Positions 8,006 to 16,768 of a DNA stretch of 40,129 nt are shown piece after piece (positions within the stretch are counted from its first letter, which is position 1; each line of letters starts with the position of its first letter). The stretch covers positions 1 to 40,129 of the forward strand of contig SCQK01000006.1 of assembly GCA_004321885.1 (NCBI GenBank), given 5' to 3'. Source of the stretch: Patescibacteria group bacterium (lineage in GTDB: Bacteria > Patescibacteriota > Patescibacteriia > Magasanikbacterales > GWA2-37-8). Position numbers and translations under genes: made by a program. The notes below the pieces were generated by a model. That model saw nothing but the letters and a program-made list of their open reading frames with translations. It ran no database searches and was not told the DNA's origin.

Positions 8006-9046
8006 ATGGACCGGATGCCAAAGATTGCTTTGATAGTGGGGAGCGGCGGGTTTGAAGGGCAGGAGGGGTTCGCGGAGGAGTGGCGGTTTTACCCGCTGAC
8101 GCCATTTGGCTGGCCATCGGCTCCGATTAAGGTCGGCCTGTTCAATGGCGTCAGAATCGCTCTGGTTCTGCGTCATGGCGAAGGGCACACCTTGCTGCCA
8201 TCCGAGGTGCCGTATCAAGCGAACATCTATGCCCTGAAAATGCTGGGCGTTGATACGGTCGTGGCTCTCACCACTGTCGGCAGTTTGGACAGAAGGTTCA
8301 AGCCTGGCGACCTCGCTATCGTGCGGCAGATGGTGGACCACACCAATGGCCGGCCGTCCACGTTCTTTGGACGGGGAATCGCGGCGCATGTTGTCATGGC
8401 TGACCCAGTGTGCCCTCACATGTCCGACCTGTTGTACCAGACGGCGAAGTTCTGCGGTCTGGTGCACATTCGGAAAGCCGTTGAAACCGCTCTGCATGAC
8501 AGTGCGGTTCTCAAGGTGATGGAGGGGCCGGCATTTTCCACCGGCGCCGAGTCGCAGATGAATTACAGAAACCCTCTGCCAAATCTCATCGGCATGACGG
8601 CCATGCCCGAGGTCAAGCTGTTTCGCGAGGCCGAGATGCGCGTGGTCTATCTGGCGATAATCACCGACAACGACTGTTGGTGCGAAAGGGATGTGGTCAG
8701 CGCTGGATTGGTGGCGGAGAACTCGGGCAAAGTGAGTCCGATCGTGCGTAAGCTGCTGGCTCGGGTGCTCGTGGCGTTCCAAGCCAAAAGGAAGTGGCTG
8801 GCCCGAAGGAAACGTCGGCCAGACAGATGTTCTTGTGTGTCGGCGTTGGACGGTCCGGCCATCGCGACCGACTTGGCCCACATCAGCGATGGGGTGAAGC
8901 GCCGTCTGCATCCGATTCTCAAGCGTCGGCTTGCGCTGGGGAGTAAGGAGCAGTTACCCAGCATCAGTTCGGAAGAGATGTGTCTGGAGCGTCTGGCACA
9001 TTCCCGGGTCAGGCCGAAGCTGGCGGCCGACATGCAACAGCAGTAG
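8006..9046 (+). CDS. mtnP: S-methyl-5'-thioadenosine phosphorylase-like (PNP/MTAP family) with a basic C-terminal extension
   Basis: 346 aa; RHGEGHTLLPSEVPYQANIYALKMLGVDTVVALTTVGSL, MEGPAFSTGAESQMNYR and MTAMPEVKLFREAE..Y..I..TDNDCW match MTAP/PNP-II signatures; the C-terminal ~90 aa are Arg/Lys-rich and not part of the canonical fold; the segment is GC-rich. Confidence 0.75.
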   Translation: MDRMPKIALIVGSGGFEGQEGFAEEWRFYPLTPFGWPSAPIKVGLFNGVRIALVLRHGEGHTLLPSEVPYQANIYALKMLGVDTVVALTTVGSLDRRFKPGDLAIVRQMVDHTNGRPSTFFGRGIAAHVVMADPVCPHMSDLLYQTAKFCGLVHIRKAVETALHDSAVLKVMEGPAFSTGAESQMNYRNPLPNLIGMTAMPEVKLFREAEMRVVYLAIITDNDCWCERDVVSAGLVAENSGKVSPIVRKLLARVLVAFQAKRKWLARRKRRPDRCSCVSALDGPAIATDLAHISDGVKRRLHPILKRRLALGSKEQLPSISSEEMCLERLAHSRVRPKLAADMQQQ

Positions 9047-9065
9047 ACAAGGAGCCGTTTCTAAC

Positions 9066-9116
9066 CCCCGCATCGCCAACGAAAGGAGGAGCGCGATGCG
9101 GGGTTTATGTTTTTTG
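9066..9116 (+). terminator. rho-independent terminator
   Basis: CCCCGCATCGC ... GCGATGCGGGG stem followed by TTTATGTTTTTTGG. Confidence 0.55.
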
Positions 9117-9135
9117 GCAACAGCCCTTTTTGAAA

Positions 9136-9164
9136 TTGACAAAAAGCGTCAAAAATCATATAAT
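9136..9164 (+). promoter_or_regulatory. consensus sigma70 promoter for ileS
   Basis: TTGACA (9136-9141), 17-nt spacer, TATAAT (9159-9164). Confidence 0.6.
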
Positions 9165-9175
9165 TCTATCAATTA

Positions 9176-9208
9176 CCCCTCCTTAATCCTCCCCTTATTA
9201 AGGGGAGG
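9176..9208. repeat. palindromic element A, copy A6 (SD of ileS)
   Basis: CCCCTCCTTAATCCTCCCCTTATTAAGGGGAGG; GGAGG lies 6 nt before the ileS ATG. Confidence 0.8.
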
Positions 9209-9214
9209 AAAAAT

Positions 9215-12145
9215 ATGCTTTACGACGCGAACAAAAACGAACAGGAAATTTTGGACTTTTGGGACAAAGACAAAATTTTTGAAAAGTCCGTCAACGAGCG
9301 GCCCGAGAACAAGCCGTATGTTTTTTATGATGGTCCGCCTTTCGCCACCGGTCTGCCGCATTACGGGCATTTTGTGCCCTCGCTCATGAAAGACATTGTG
9401 CCGCGTTATTTCACCATGCGCGGGTATCGCGTTGAGCGCAAGTGGGGCTGGGATTGCCACGGTTTGCCCGTGGAAAATATTATAGAAAGAGAATTGAACT
9501 TAAACAGCAAGAAAGATATAGAAAATTTTGGCATAGATAAATTCAACGAGGCCTGCCGCGCCACAGTTTTACGCTACGCCGAAGAATGGAAAAAAACCAT
9601 CAAGCGCATGGGCCGCTGGGTGGACATGGAAAACGATTACAAAACCATGGATTTGTCTTATATGGAAAGCGTCTGGTGGGTTTTCAAACAGCTTTGGGAT
9701 AAAAGTTTAATTTACAAAGGCCACAAAGCCATGCACATTTGTCCGCGTTGCGTCACCCCGCTTTCCAATTTTGAGGTAACGCAGAATTATAAAGACATTA
9801 AGGATATATCAATCACGGTAAAATTTAGAATAAAAAATCCGCAAAAACTTGATTTGCCGGCCGATTCGTATGTCTTGGCTTGGACGACCACTCCATGGAC
9901 CCTGCCTGGCAATGTGCTGCTCGCCGTGAATGAAACAATAGAATACGCGTTGGCGCATTTGGTTGGAGAAGAAACCGCGTATATTGTTGCCAAAGACAGG
10001 ATAGAAAAAGTGATGGGCGATAAAAAATACGGAATTTTGAAACATGTGGCCGGGGCTGATTTGGCTGGTCTGGAATATGAGCCGCTGTTTCCGTATTTTA
10101 GCGACACAGCCAACGCTTTCCGCGTGGTGGCCGCTGATTTCGTGTCCACCGCAGACGGTACCGGCGTGGTGCATATCGCGCCCGCGTTCGGCGAAGACGA
10201 CTACAACGTTGGAAAGCAAGAAAACATACCTTTGGTCCAGCATGTCACCATGGAAGGCAAGTTCAAAGACCAGGTAAAGGATTTTGCCGGTTTGGAAGTC
10301 AAGCCCAAAGAAGAGCCGGCAAAAACCGACGTGGAAATAATAAAATGGCTGGCGCGCGCGGGCAAGCTTTTTAGCAAAGAAAAAATTGAGCACAGCTATC
10401 CTTTTTGCTGGCGTTGCGATACGCCCCTGCTCAATTACGCCGCCACCAGCTGGTTCGTGAAGGTGGCGCAAATGAAGGAAGCGCTTTTGAAAAATAATGA
10501 GCAGATAAATTGGGTGCCCGGGCATATCAAACAAGGCCGTTTTGGCCTGTGGCTGGAGAACGCGCGCGACTGGGCTATTTCCCGCAACCGTTATTGGGGC
10601 ACGCCGCTGCCGGTGTGGGAATGCCGGCAGGAAAATTGCGGCGGCGCGGTCGCGCTCGGCTCGGTGGCCGAGTTTGAAAAATTGGCCGGTCAGAAAATTT
10701 CCGATTTACACAAACATATAATTGACAAGATAGAGTTTGATTGTCCGCAGTGTGGCGGAAAAATGAAGAGAATCCCCGAGGTGCTGGATTGCTGGTTTGA
10801 ATCCGGCTCCATGCCTTACGGCCAAAAGCATTACCCTTTTGAAAACAAGGCAAAGTTTGAAGCCGGTTTTCCGGCCGAGTTTATCGCCGAAGCCCAGGAC
10901 CAGACCCGCGGCTGGTTTTACACCCTTCATGTTTTGGCCACAGCGCTTACCGGAGCGCCTCATTCGGCGATTCCGTCCAAACAAAGCGCGCCCGCATTTA
11001 AGAATGTGATAGTCAACGGCATGGTACTGGCCGAGGACGGTAAAAAAATGAGTAAGCGCTTAAGAAATTATCCCGAGCCGGATGTGGTGATGGAGAAATA
11101 CGGCGCCGACGCCATGCGCTATTATTTGGCGACTGCGCCGGTGATGTCCGCCGAGTCAATTAATTTTTCCGAAGACGGAGTGCGGGAAATGTACAACAAG
11201 GTTTTGAATACCCTGTGGAATGTGGAGGAATTTTATCTGATGTATGCGGGCGCCAAGTTGGAAAAGAAATTCAGGCCCGAGCATGTTTTGGACAGATGGA
11301 TTTTAGCGAAGCTGCAAGCGCTGTCAGAAGATGTTACCCGCGGTATGGGCAGCTACCGGCTGGTAGACGCCAGCCGTCCGATTATGGGGTTTATCGCCGA
11401 GCTGTCGCAGTGGTACGTGCGCCGCTCGCGCGATCGGTTCAAGGGTGACGACCAAAAAGACAAAGAGCAGGCCCTTAATACTTTATATGTCGTTCTCAAC
11501 ACACTGGCGAAGGTAATGGCGCCGTTTACGCCCTTTATCGCTGAAAAGGTTTACCGTGATTTGGGCGGCGAGGGGTCGGTGCATTTGCAGGCCTGGCCCG
11601 AAGCGGACAAAAAGTTAGCCGACAACGATGTACTAACTGAAATGGCCGTGGCGCGCAAGGTAGTGGAGCTGGGGCTGGCCTTGCGGGTCGAGCAGGGCAT
11701 CAAAGTAAAACAGCCACTTAAAAAATTGCTGGTGATGAGCTATAAATTGAATAGTGAATTGCGCGAGCTCGTGGCCGAAGAATTGAACGTGAAAAAGGTG
11801 GAATTGGCGAAAGGCATGGAGCATGAAGAAGGCGTGATTTGGAAAGAGGAAGGGCAGCTGAAGGTTGGGCTGGATATGGTAATTGACGAAGCATTGAAAA
11901 AAGAAGGTCTGGCGCGCGAGGCGGTGCGAGCCATAAACCAGATTCGTAAGGACAACAAGCTGACTATCAGCGATGTGGTTGTCGTGAAGTATCACACTAC
12001 GGACAGACAACTGCTGGCGGTGTTTGGCGACTTCGCCGAAGAGATAAAAAAGAGCGTGCTGGCCAAGGAATTGTTTGAGACAGAGGAAGAGGGGATGCGA
12101 GAAGTGGATATCGGCGGCGCGAAATTAAAATTAAAAATAGAATAA
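9215..12145 (+). CDS. ileS: isoleucine--tRNA ligase (type 2)
   Basis: 976 aa; class I HIGH variant PHYGH, KMSKR motif (KMSKRLRNYPEP), editing-domain and anticodon-binding regions; SD GGAGG 6 nt upstream, supplied by element A6. Confidence 0.95.
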   Translation: MLYDANKNEQEILDFWDKDKIFEKSVNERPENKPYVFYDGPPFATGLPHYGHFVPSLMKDIVPRYFTMRGYRVERKWGWDCHGLPVENIIERELNLNSKKDIENFGIDKFNEACRATVLRYAEEWKKTIKRMGRWVDMENDYKTMDLSYMESVWWVFKQLWDKSLIYKGHKAMHICPRCVTPLSNFEVTQNYKDIKDISITVKFRIKNPQKLDLPADSYVLAWTTTPWTLPGNVLLAVNETIEYALAHLVGEETAYIVAKDRIEKVMGDKKYGILKHVAGADLAGLEYEPLFPYFSDTANAFRVVAADFVSTADGTGVVHIAPAFGEDDYNVGKQENIPLVQHVTMEGKFKDQVKDFAGLEVKPKEEPAKTDVEIIKWLARAGKLFSKEKIEHSYPFCWRCDTPLLNYAATSWFVKVAQMKEALLKNNEQINWVPGHIKQGRFGLWLENARDWAISRNRYWGTPLPVWECRQENCGGAVALGSVAEFEKLAGQKISDLHKHIIDKIEFDCPQCGGKMKRIPEVLDCWFESGSMPYGQKHYPFENKAKFEAGFPAEFIAEAQDQTRGWFYTLHVLATALTGAPHSAIPSKQSAPAFKNVIVNGMVLAEDGKKMSKRLRNYPEPDVVMEKYGADAMRYYLATAPVMSAESINFSEDGVREMYNKVLNTLWNVEEFYLMYAGAKLEKKFRPEHVLDRWILAKLQALSEDVTRGMGSYRLVDASRPIMGFIAELSQWYVRRSRDRFKGDDQKDKEQALNTLYVVLNTLAKVMAPFTPFIAEKVYRDLGGEGSVHLQAWPEADKKLADNDVLTEMAVARKVVELGLALRVEQGIKVKQPLKKLLVMSYKLNSELRELVAEELNVKKVELAKGMEHEEGVIWKEEGQLKVGLDMVIDEALKKEGLAREAVRAINQIRKDNKLTISDVVVVKYHTTDRQLLAVFGDFAEEIKKSVLAKELFETEEEGMREVDIGGAKLKLKIE

Positions 12146-12149
12146 GAGC

Positions 12150-12220
12150 GCGGGTATTGTATAACGGTATTACCGCAGGTTTCCAACCTGCTGACACGGG
12201 TTCGACTCCCGTTACCCGCT
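12150..12220 (+). tRNA. tRNA-Gly (anticodon TCC)
   Basis: Acceptor stem GCGGGTA/TACCCGC, anticodon stem GCAGG/CCTGC with loop TTTCCAA, T-loop GGTTCGACTCC; no encoded CCA. Confidence 0.8.
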
Positions 12221-12235
12221 CAATTTTTCTTTTAT

Positions 12236-12565
12236 ATGCGTGAATCAGAGTATGTGAAAATTATGGTGGGCGTGCCGGTGGAAGCGGCCGATGCCGTGCG
12301 CCAGGCCATGGGCGAGGCGGGCGCCGGCGTACAGGGAAATTACAAGTTTTGTTCGTTTTCTTTTTCCGGCACGGGCAGATTTTTACCAATGGCCGGAGCG
12401 AATCCGGCCATCGGCGCAGTGGGTAAACCGGAAGAAGTGGCGGAAGAAACGATTATGACTATTTGCCGCAAGGATTTGGTCGGCCAGGTGATTGCCGCGA
12501 TTAAGAAAGCCCATCCCTACGAGGAGCCGGCCATAGACATTTTGCCCAGATTAGAGGTAGAATAA
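12236..12565 (+). CDS. standalone homolog of the Nif3/YqfO insertion domain (PII/CutA-like fold)
   Basis: 109 aa; GNYKFCSFSFSGTGRFLPMAGANPAIG ... AHPYEEPAIDILP resembles the insert domain of YqfO-type Nif3 proteins (recalled from memory, not searched). Confidence 0.5.
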   Translation: MRESEYVKIMVGVPVEAADAVRQAMGEAGAGVQGNYKFCSFSFSGTGRFLPMAGANPAIGAVGKPEEVAEETIMTICRKDLVGQVIAAIKKAHPYEEPAIDILPRLEVE

Positions 12566-12583
12566 GAAAAAGGCGGCAAGAAT

Positions 12584-13696
12584 ATGTATTTGATTTTTGG
12601 GTTAGTCATGGTTGGAATTATTGGCGCCTATTTGGCCAGTCATTATTTTTTTTACCGCTCGCTGGTGTATTTTTTTAATATTGTCAAGACAGAAAACAAA
12701 ACCATTTTAGCCGCGGCGCTGTTTGTTTTGGCCATCAGCTACATTGTGGCTTCCATTTTGGCGCATATCAAAGAAAACGCGGCCACTCGCGCTTTTTATT
12801 TTTCCGCTTCGCTGTGGCTGGGCGTGGCTGTGAATTTGACTGCGGCTTTCGTTTTGGTTTGGGCGACGGCGCTGTTTGCCAGACTGGCCGGCTGGCAGTT
12901 TGATTTAAGAATTTTGGCTGGGCTGGCGATTGTTGCCGCTTTGGCCTATTCGGCCTATGGGTTGTGGAGCGCGTACAACCCGGCCATAAAAAATATTTCA
13001 ATAAAAATAAAAAATTTGCCGGCCGGGTGGCGGGGCAAAAGGGCCGTTCTTATTTCCGACGTGCATTTGGGGCATGTGTTTGACGATGATTTTTTGAAAG
13101 AAGTGGTGGAAAAAATAAACGGGCAAAATCCGGACGTGGTTTTTATTGCCGGCGATTTGTTTGACGGGATGGACGGCGATTTGCATCTGCGTGTCCGGCC
13201 CCTCGATGATTTGCGGGCGTCGCTGGGGGCGTATTTTATCACCGGCAACCACGAGACGTATTTTGGCGTGGAGCGGGCTTTTGAGATTTTGCGAAAAACC
13301 AAAGTGAAGATTTTGGACGACCGCATGGAAAATATCAATGGCCTGCAAATTTTGGGTGTGAGTTATCCGTGGCGCAATGAGCGCAAAGACGTTTTGCGAA
13401 CAATAAAAAATATGCCCGGATTTGACCCGGGCCGGCCGTCGGTTTTGATGTATCACAGCCCGTCGGCGCGGCGCGAAGCCAAAACAGCCGGAGCGAGCCT
13501 GCTGCTTTCGGGGCACACGCACGCGGGTCAGATTTTTCCCATCAATTTTATTACGCGGTTCATTTTCGGCAAATATCATTATGGTTTGCGTGTTGAGGGC
13601 GATTTTGCTACGTATACCTCTAGCGGGGTGGGCGCTTGGGGGCCGACTATGCGCACAGGCCGTCGGCCGGAAATCGTGGTAATTAAGTTTGAATGA
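12584..13696 (+). CDS. membrane-anchored calcineurin-like metallophosphoesterase
   Basis: 370 aa; ~4 N-terminal TM helices, then SDVHLG ... GDLFDG ... GNHE ... GHTHAGQ metal-binding motifs. Confidence 0.8.
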   Translation: MYLIFGLVMVGIIGAYLASHYFFYRSLVYFFNIVKTENKTILAAALFVLAISYIVASILAHIKENAATRAFYFSASLWLGVAVNLTAAFVLVWATALFARLAGWQFDLRILAGLAIVAALAYSAYGLWSAYNPAIKNISIKIKNLPAGWRGKRAVLISDVHLGHVFDDDFLKEVVEKINGQNPDVVFIAGDLFDGMDGDLHLRVRPLDDLRASLGAYFITGNHETYFGVERAFEILRKTKVKILDDRMENINGLQILGVSYPWRNERKDVLRTIKNMPGFDPGRPSVLMYHSPSARREAKTAGASLLLSGHTHAGQIFPINFITRFIFGKYHYGLRVEGDFATYTSSGVGAWGPTMRTGRRPEIVVIKFE

Positions 13697-13710
13697 GAGG
13701 GGGTGGATAT

Positions 13711-14073
13711 ATGTGGAAGAAAATTTTAGGCTACGGCGTTCTGCTCTATGTTTTGATGTTCGTGATTGTTTCGGTTTTTATCGGATTTAAGATTTACGGT
13801 AACAGTTGGGCGCCGATTGTGACGGCTGTTATCGGCGGCGTTATCTCGTATATTTTGGCCGGCCGCGTAAAGCCGGCCAGCGCCGGGGCGGCATTGGGCT
13901 ATGGCATCGGCTGGGTAGTGGTGGGCGTGATTCTGGATTTCATCATCACCATGCGGTTTAATCCGGTCATATTCTCTGCTTGGCAGTTGTGGCTGGGCTA
14001 CGCGCTGGTCTTGTTGGCGCCGTTATTGGCGGTAAAAAAACCGGCGGCGGCTCCTTCGGCTCCGACCATGTAA
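13711..14073 (+). CDS. hypothetical integral membrane protein
   Basis: ORF 13693..14073; ATG at 13711 is preceded by GGGGGTGG SD; four predicted TM helices; 4-nt overlap context with the upstream gene. Confidence 0.55.
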   Translation: MWKKILGYGVLLYVLMFVIVSVFIGFKIYGNSWAPIVTAVIGGVISYILAGRVKPASAGAALGYGIGWVVVGVILDFIITMRFNPVIFSAWQLWLGYALVLLAPLLAVKKPAAAPSAPTM

Positions 14074-14091
14074 TTTTAAAAAGGCAGGAAA

Positions 14092-14127
14092 AACGCCGCC
14101 CGAAGTTGACAGGCGGCGTTTTTTTTA
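14092..14127 (+). terminator. rho-independent terminator
   Basis: AACGCCGCC-N11-GGCGGCGTT followed by TTTTTTTAG. Confidence 0.7.
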
Positions 14128-14153
14128 GTATATTTAAGCCGAACATCAAAGGC

Positions 14154-14225
14154 GCGGGTGTAGCACAATGGTTAGTGCGTGTGCTTGCCAAGCATAAGAC
14201 GAGGGTTCGATTCCCTTCACCCGCT
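14154..14225 (+). tRNA. tRNA-Gly (anticodon GCC)
   Basis: Acceptor GCGGGTG/CACCCGC, D-arm GCAC..GTGC, anticodon loop TTGCCAA, T-loop GGTTCGATTCC. Confidence 0.8.
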
Positions 14226-14226
14226 C

Positions 14227-14299
14227 AGCGGGGTAGAGCAACTGGCAGCTCGCAGGGCCCATAACCCTGAGGTTCCCGGTTCAAGTCCGGGCCCCGCAA
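14227..14299 (+). tRNA. initiator tRNA-fMet (anticodon CAT)
   Basis: Anticodon loop CCCATAA; three consecutive G:C pairs closing the anticodon stem (GGG/CCC), a 1:72 A*A mismatch and an A11:U24 pair, all hallmarks of bacterial initiator tRNA; starts 1-2 nt after tRNA-Gly. Confidence 0.75.
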
Positions 14300-14307
14300 C
14301 AACGTAG

Positions 14308-14364
14308 GACGAGCGGAAGTGTTCCGCCTCTGTTCTGACATGGTCAATCCATGCCAACAACGAG
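14308..14364 (+). repeat. direct repeat DR1 (~55 bp) bounding the Fic cassette, immediately 3' of tRNA-fMet
   Basis: GACGAGCGGAAGTGTTCCGCCTCTGTTCTGACATGGTCAATCCATGCCAACAACGAG; ~90% identical to DR2; contains the inner palindrome GCGGAAgtgTTCCGC. Confidence 0.7.
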
Positions 14365-14469
14365 TAGGCTAACGATGACCCTCAGAACGAGGGTCATTTG
14401 GTTTCAGATTAGTCAGCAACTCTTGACCTATCTTATATAATCATATATACTCAAAATATAAGATGATAT

Positions 14470-15549
14470 ATGCTGAGAATCCAAAATCGCGGCCGGGGGA
14501 ATCGCCTTGACCGCCGACTAGCCAATCTTCCGTCCGGAGTCTGGTCCAAAATCGCGCAGGTAGATGAACTTAAGGGCCAGTGGATTGCCGGGGCTGAACT
14601 TTCGTCCCAGGTTTTGGGCCGCTTAAAGCGGTCGGTTTTGATTACCTCCGCCGGTGCTTCTACTCGCATTGAAGGCGCGCGACTATCCGACGAAGACGTC
14701 GAAAAAATGATGCGCGGCATTGATATTCAGAAATTCAGAGATCGTGACAAGCAAGAAGTGAAAGGGTATCATGAGCTTCTGGGGAATATGTTTGATTCTT
14801 GGAAGAGTTTGCAGTTCTCCGAGAACGCCATCAAACATTGTCACAAAGAACTCCTCAAATATGTGGAGAAAGACGAGGCGCATCGGGGCAGATACAAGAA
14901 GCAAGAGAATCGCGTGCAGATGGTAAATGCGGCCGGACAACCCGTGAGCGTGCTTTTTGATACCACACCGGCATATTTGGCGCCCAAAGAAACGCAGGAG
15001 CTCGCACAGTGGACGCGGAAGGCTCTGGAAACCGGCCAACATCATCCGTTGTTAGTCATCGGTAACTTTGTCGTTGAGTTCTTGGCCATCCATCCTTTCA
15101 CCGATGGTAACGGGCGTCTGTCGCGCGTTCTCACCAATCTGCTATTGCTCAAAGCGGGGTACCTTTATGTTCCATACGTATCGCACGAGAAGCTCATCGA
15201 GGACAACAAGCCAGATTACTATGTAGCCCTGCGGCGCAGCCAGAGGACGTTCAGGTCAAAGAGAGAAGACATTGCCCCGTGGCTCCATTTTTTTCTGGAT
15301 GTCGCGTTCAAGCAGGCGCAAATGGCGGTTGACTTGCTGTCCAAAGAAAACATTGAAAAACTGTTATCGCCAAAGCAACTGCAAGTCTGGCAGTACTTGC
15401 AGGGAGTAATTGAAGCGACAGCCGGAAAGATAGCCAAAGCCACAGGCGTCGCGCGTCCAACTATCAACCAGGCAGTGGACAAGCTCTTACGCTTGAAGAA
15501 GGTGGAACGCATCGGCCTTGGGCCCACGACAAGATACCGGAAGTTATGA
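14470..15549 (+). CDS. fic: Fic/DOC family protein with a C-terminal winged-HTH
   Basis: 359 aa; canonical Fic motif HPFTDGNGRLSR; C-terminal KIAKATGVARPTINQAVDKLLRLKKVERIG HTH; GC-rich relative to the genome. Confidence 0.85.
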   Translation: MLRIQNRGRGNRLDRRLANLPSGVWSKIAQVDELKGQWIAGAELSSQVLGRLKRSVLITSAGASTRIEGARLSDEDVEKMMRGIDIQKFRDRDKQEVKGYHELLGNMFDSWKSLQFSENAIKHCHKELLKYVEKDEAHRGRYKKQENRVQMVNAAGQPVSVLFDTTPAYLAPKETQELAQWTRKALETGQHHPLLVIGNFVVEFLAIHPFTDGNGRLSRVLTNLLLLKAGYLYVPYVSHEKLIEDNKPDYYVALRRSQRTFRSKREDIAPWLHFFLDVAFKQAQMAVDLLSKENIEKLLSPKQLQVWQYLQGVIEATAGKIAKATGVARPTINQAVDKLLRLKKVERIGLGPTTRYRKL

Positions 15550-15604
15550 CGAGCGGAAGTATTCCGCCTCTGTTCTCTGACATGGTTAATCCATGCCAAC
15601 GACG
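15548..15604 (+). repeat. direct repeat DR2
   Basis: GACGAGCGGAAGTATTCCGCCTCTGTTCTCTGACATGGTTAATCCATGCCAACGACGG; starts at the Fic stop codon; followed by a degenerate partial copy GGGCGGAAGTATTTCGCCGCTCG (15608-15632). Confidence 0.7.
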
Positions 15605-15705
15605 GATGGGCGGAAGTATTTCGCCGCTCGCCACAGGGCAGATTGGCCAATCATAGATTAAAGGGCATCGTATTAGACACCCTTTTGTTGTCCGCATAAA
15701 TCAAA

Positions 15706-15751
15706 AACTCCCGCACAAGCGCTCTGCCGAAGCAGTTCTTGTGCGGGAGTT
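15706..15751 (-). terminator. strong hairpin terminator (14-bp perfect stem) for the minus-strand hypothetical gene
   Basis: AACTCCCGCACAAG-N18-CTTGTGCGGGAGTT, flanked by an A-run on + (T-run on the minus strand). Confidence 0.65.
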
Positions 15752-15794
15752 TATCGTTCGAGGACTTAACGCATTAAGCTAATGCATAGTGGTC

Positions 15795-16442
15795 CTACTT
15801 GTACGCAAGGAAGGCAGTGCCTCTTCCCCATCCACCCCGAGCCCACCAACTGACGACCAATTCGAGGGTGGGGTGTGGAACCGAAGCATCCACCTCGCCC
15901 AACGCACGCGCATGAAAGCCAGGATTGGGACCCCTGACGACAACTGCGGGCACGCGAGGCCCATCCTCCGTGCTGGGGAAATCAGGATCTTCCGGTTTTG
16001 TGCCCTCCCAGACAGAACCCAGAGCTATCATGCAGTGGCACGCACAGTAGATCTCAAACCAGAATGGGTCGTTGAAGGCGAGCAGGTGTTCGATCCCGGC
16101 CGGCTTGAAACCGACACAGCGAATGTGTTCCACCGCATGCTCTGAACACGTGTCGTGGTTAGACACGAAGACCTTCAACTCCACCGTTTTTTTCCCAGTG
16201 CCCTTGATCGGGAAGTGCTCATAGGTGAGGTCACTATCCACCTTGCCGTAATGGCCATCGGAGGTCATCTCCCCCAGCGAACGGCTGTAGTCGATGGTGA
16301 CTGTTTTCTTCGAGTGTAGAGGATGAAGTACCTCCACCTTGCGGGGGTCCCGCAGATATGCCTGCAGGCCTTCCCTGGTGACCCGGCCGGACTTGATTTG
16401 TGCATGGAGTTCTGTGAGCTGCTCAACAGTCGGGGTAGGCAT
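15795..16442 (-). CDS. hypothetical protein (GC-rich cassette gene)
   Basis: ORF 15795..16502; the internal ATG at 16442 (MPTPTVEQ...) is preceded by GGGAGAG SD; Cys/His-rich middle region (HDTCSEHAVEHIRC ... YCACHC); no family recognised. Confidence 0.55.
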   Translation of the reverse strand: MPTPTVEQLTELHAQIKSGRVTREGLQAYLRDPRKVEVLHPLHSKKTVTIDYSRSLGEMTSDGHYGKVDSDLTYEHFPIKGTGKKTVELKVFVSNHDTCSEHAVEHIRCVGFKPAGIEHLLAFNDPFWFEIYCACHCMIALGSVWEGTKPEDPDFPSTEDGPRVPAVVVRGPNPGFHARALGEVDASVPHPTLELVVSWWARGGWGRGTAFLAYK

Positions 16443-16614
16443 GGATTCTCTCCCTGCATCCGTTGGTAAAAGCACCAACACATTCGGCTTCATGCCGAAC
16501 ATGTTGGAGGTTAGCCAGCGGACACACTGTGGCCAGGAGCCAATCTCCCAGCCTTATTTCTAAGCCGGAGTGGGCTCAAAAATAGGGCAAGGAGATCATT
16601 GTAAAGAGCAGACC

Positions 16615-16643
16615 AATATAGCATATTTGGAAGTTTTTGTCAA
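16615..16643 (-). promoter_or_regulatory. putative sigma70 promoter (minus strand) for the 15795-16442 gene
   Basis: On the minus strand: TTGACA (rc of 16638-16643), 17-nt spacer, TATATT (rc of 16615-16620). Confidence 0.4.
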
Positions 16644-16740
16644 TGATAGCGCTTCCAAAAGATACGGCTTTGAATATATGAAGAACAAACCCTAATTGCT
16701 TTCTCAAGAATTTTGGTTATCCCCAACGAGGGCCGTTTTT

Positions 16741-16764
16741 ACGTAGTCCTTCCATGCCAACACA
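16741..16764 (+). repeat. truncated third copy of the cassette direct repeat (DR3)
   Basis: ACGTAGTCCTTCCATGCCAACACA shares the ACGTAG(G) lead and the TCCATGCCAAC core of DR1/DR2. Confidence 0.5.
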
Positions 16765-16768
16765 CACA

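Noticed and set aside
7901-8911. 336-aa minus-strand ORF opposite the MTAP-like gene
   Set aside because: The plus-strand frame shows clear PNP/MTAP motifs; the minus frame is Arg/His-rich antisense noise.
9809-10534. 241-aa minus-strand ORF inside ileS
   Set aside because: It lies entirely within the strongly supported ileS coding region and has no motifs.
12998-13579. 193-aa minus-strand ORF within the metallophosphoesterase gene
   Set aside because: Antisense to a gene with clear metallophosphoesterase motifs; no independent support.
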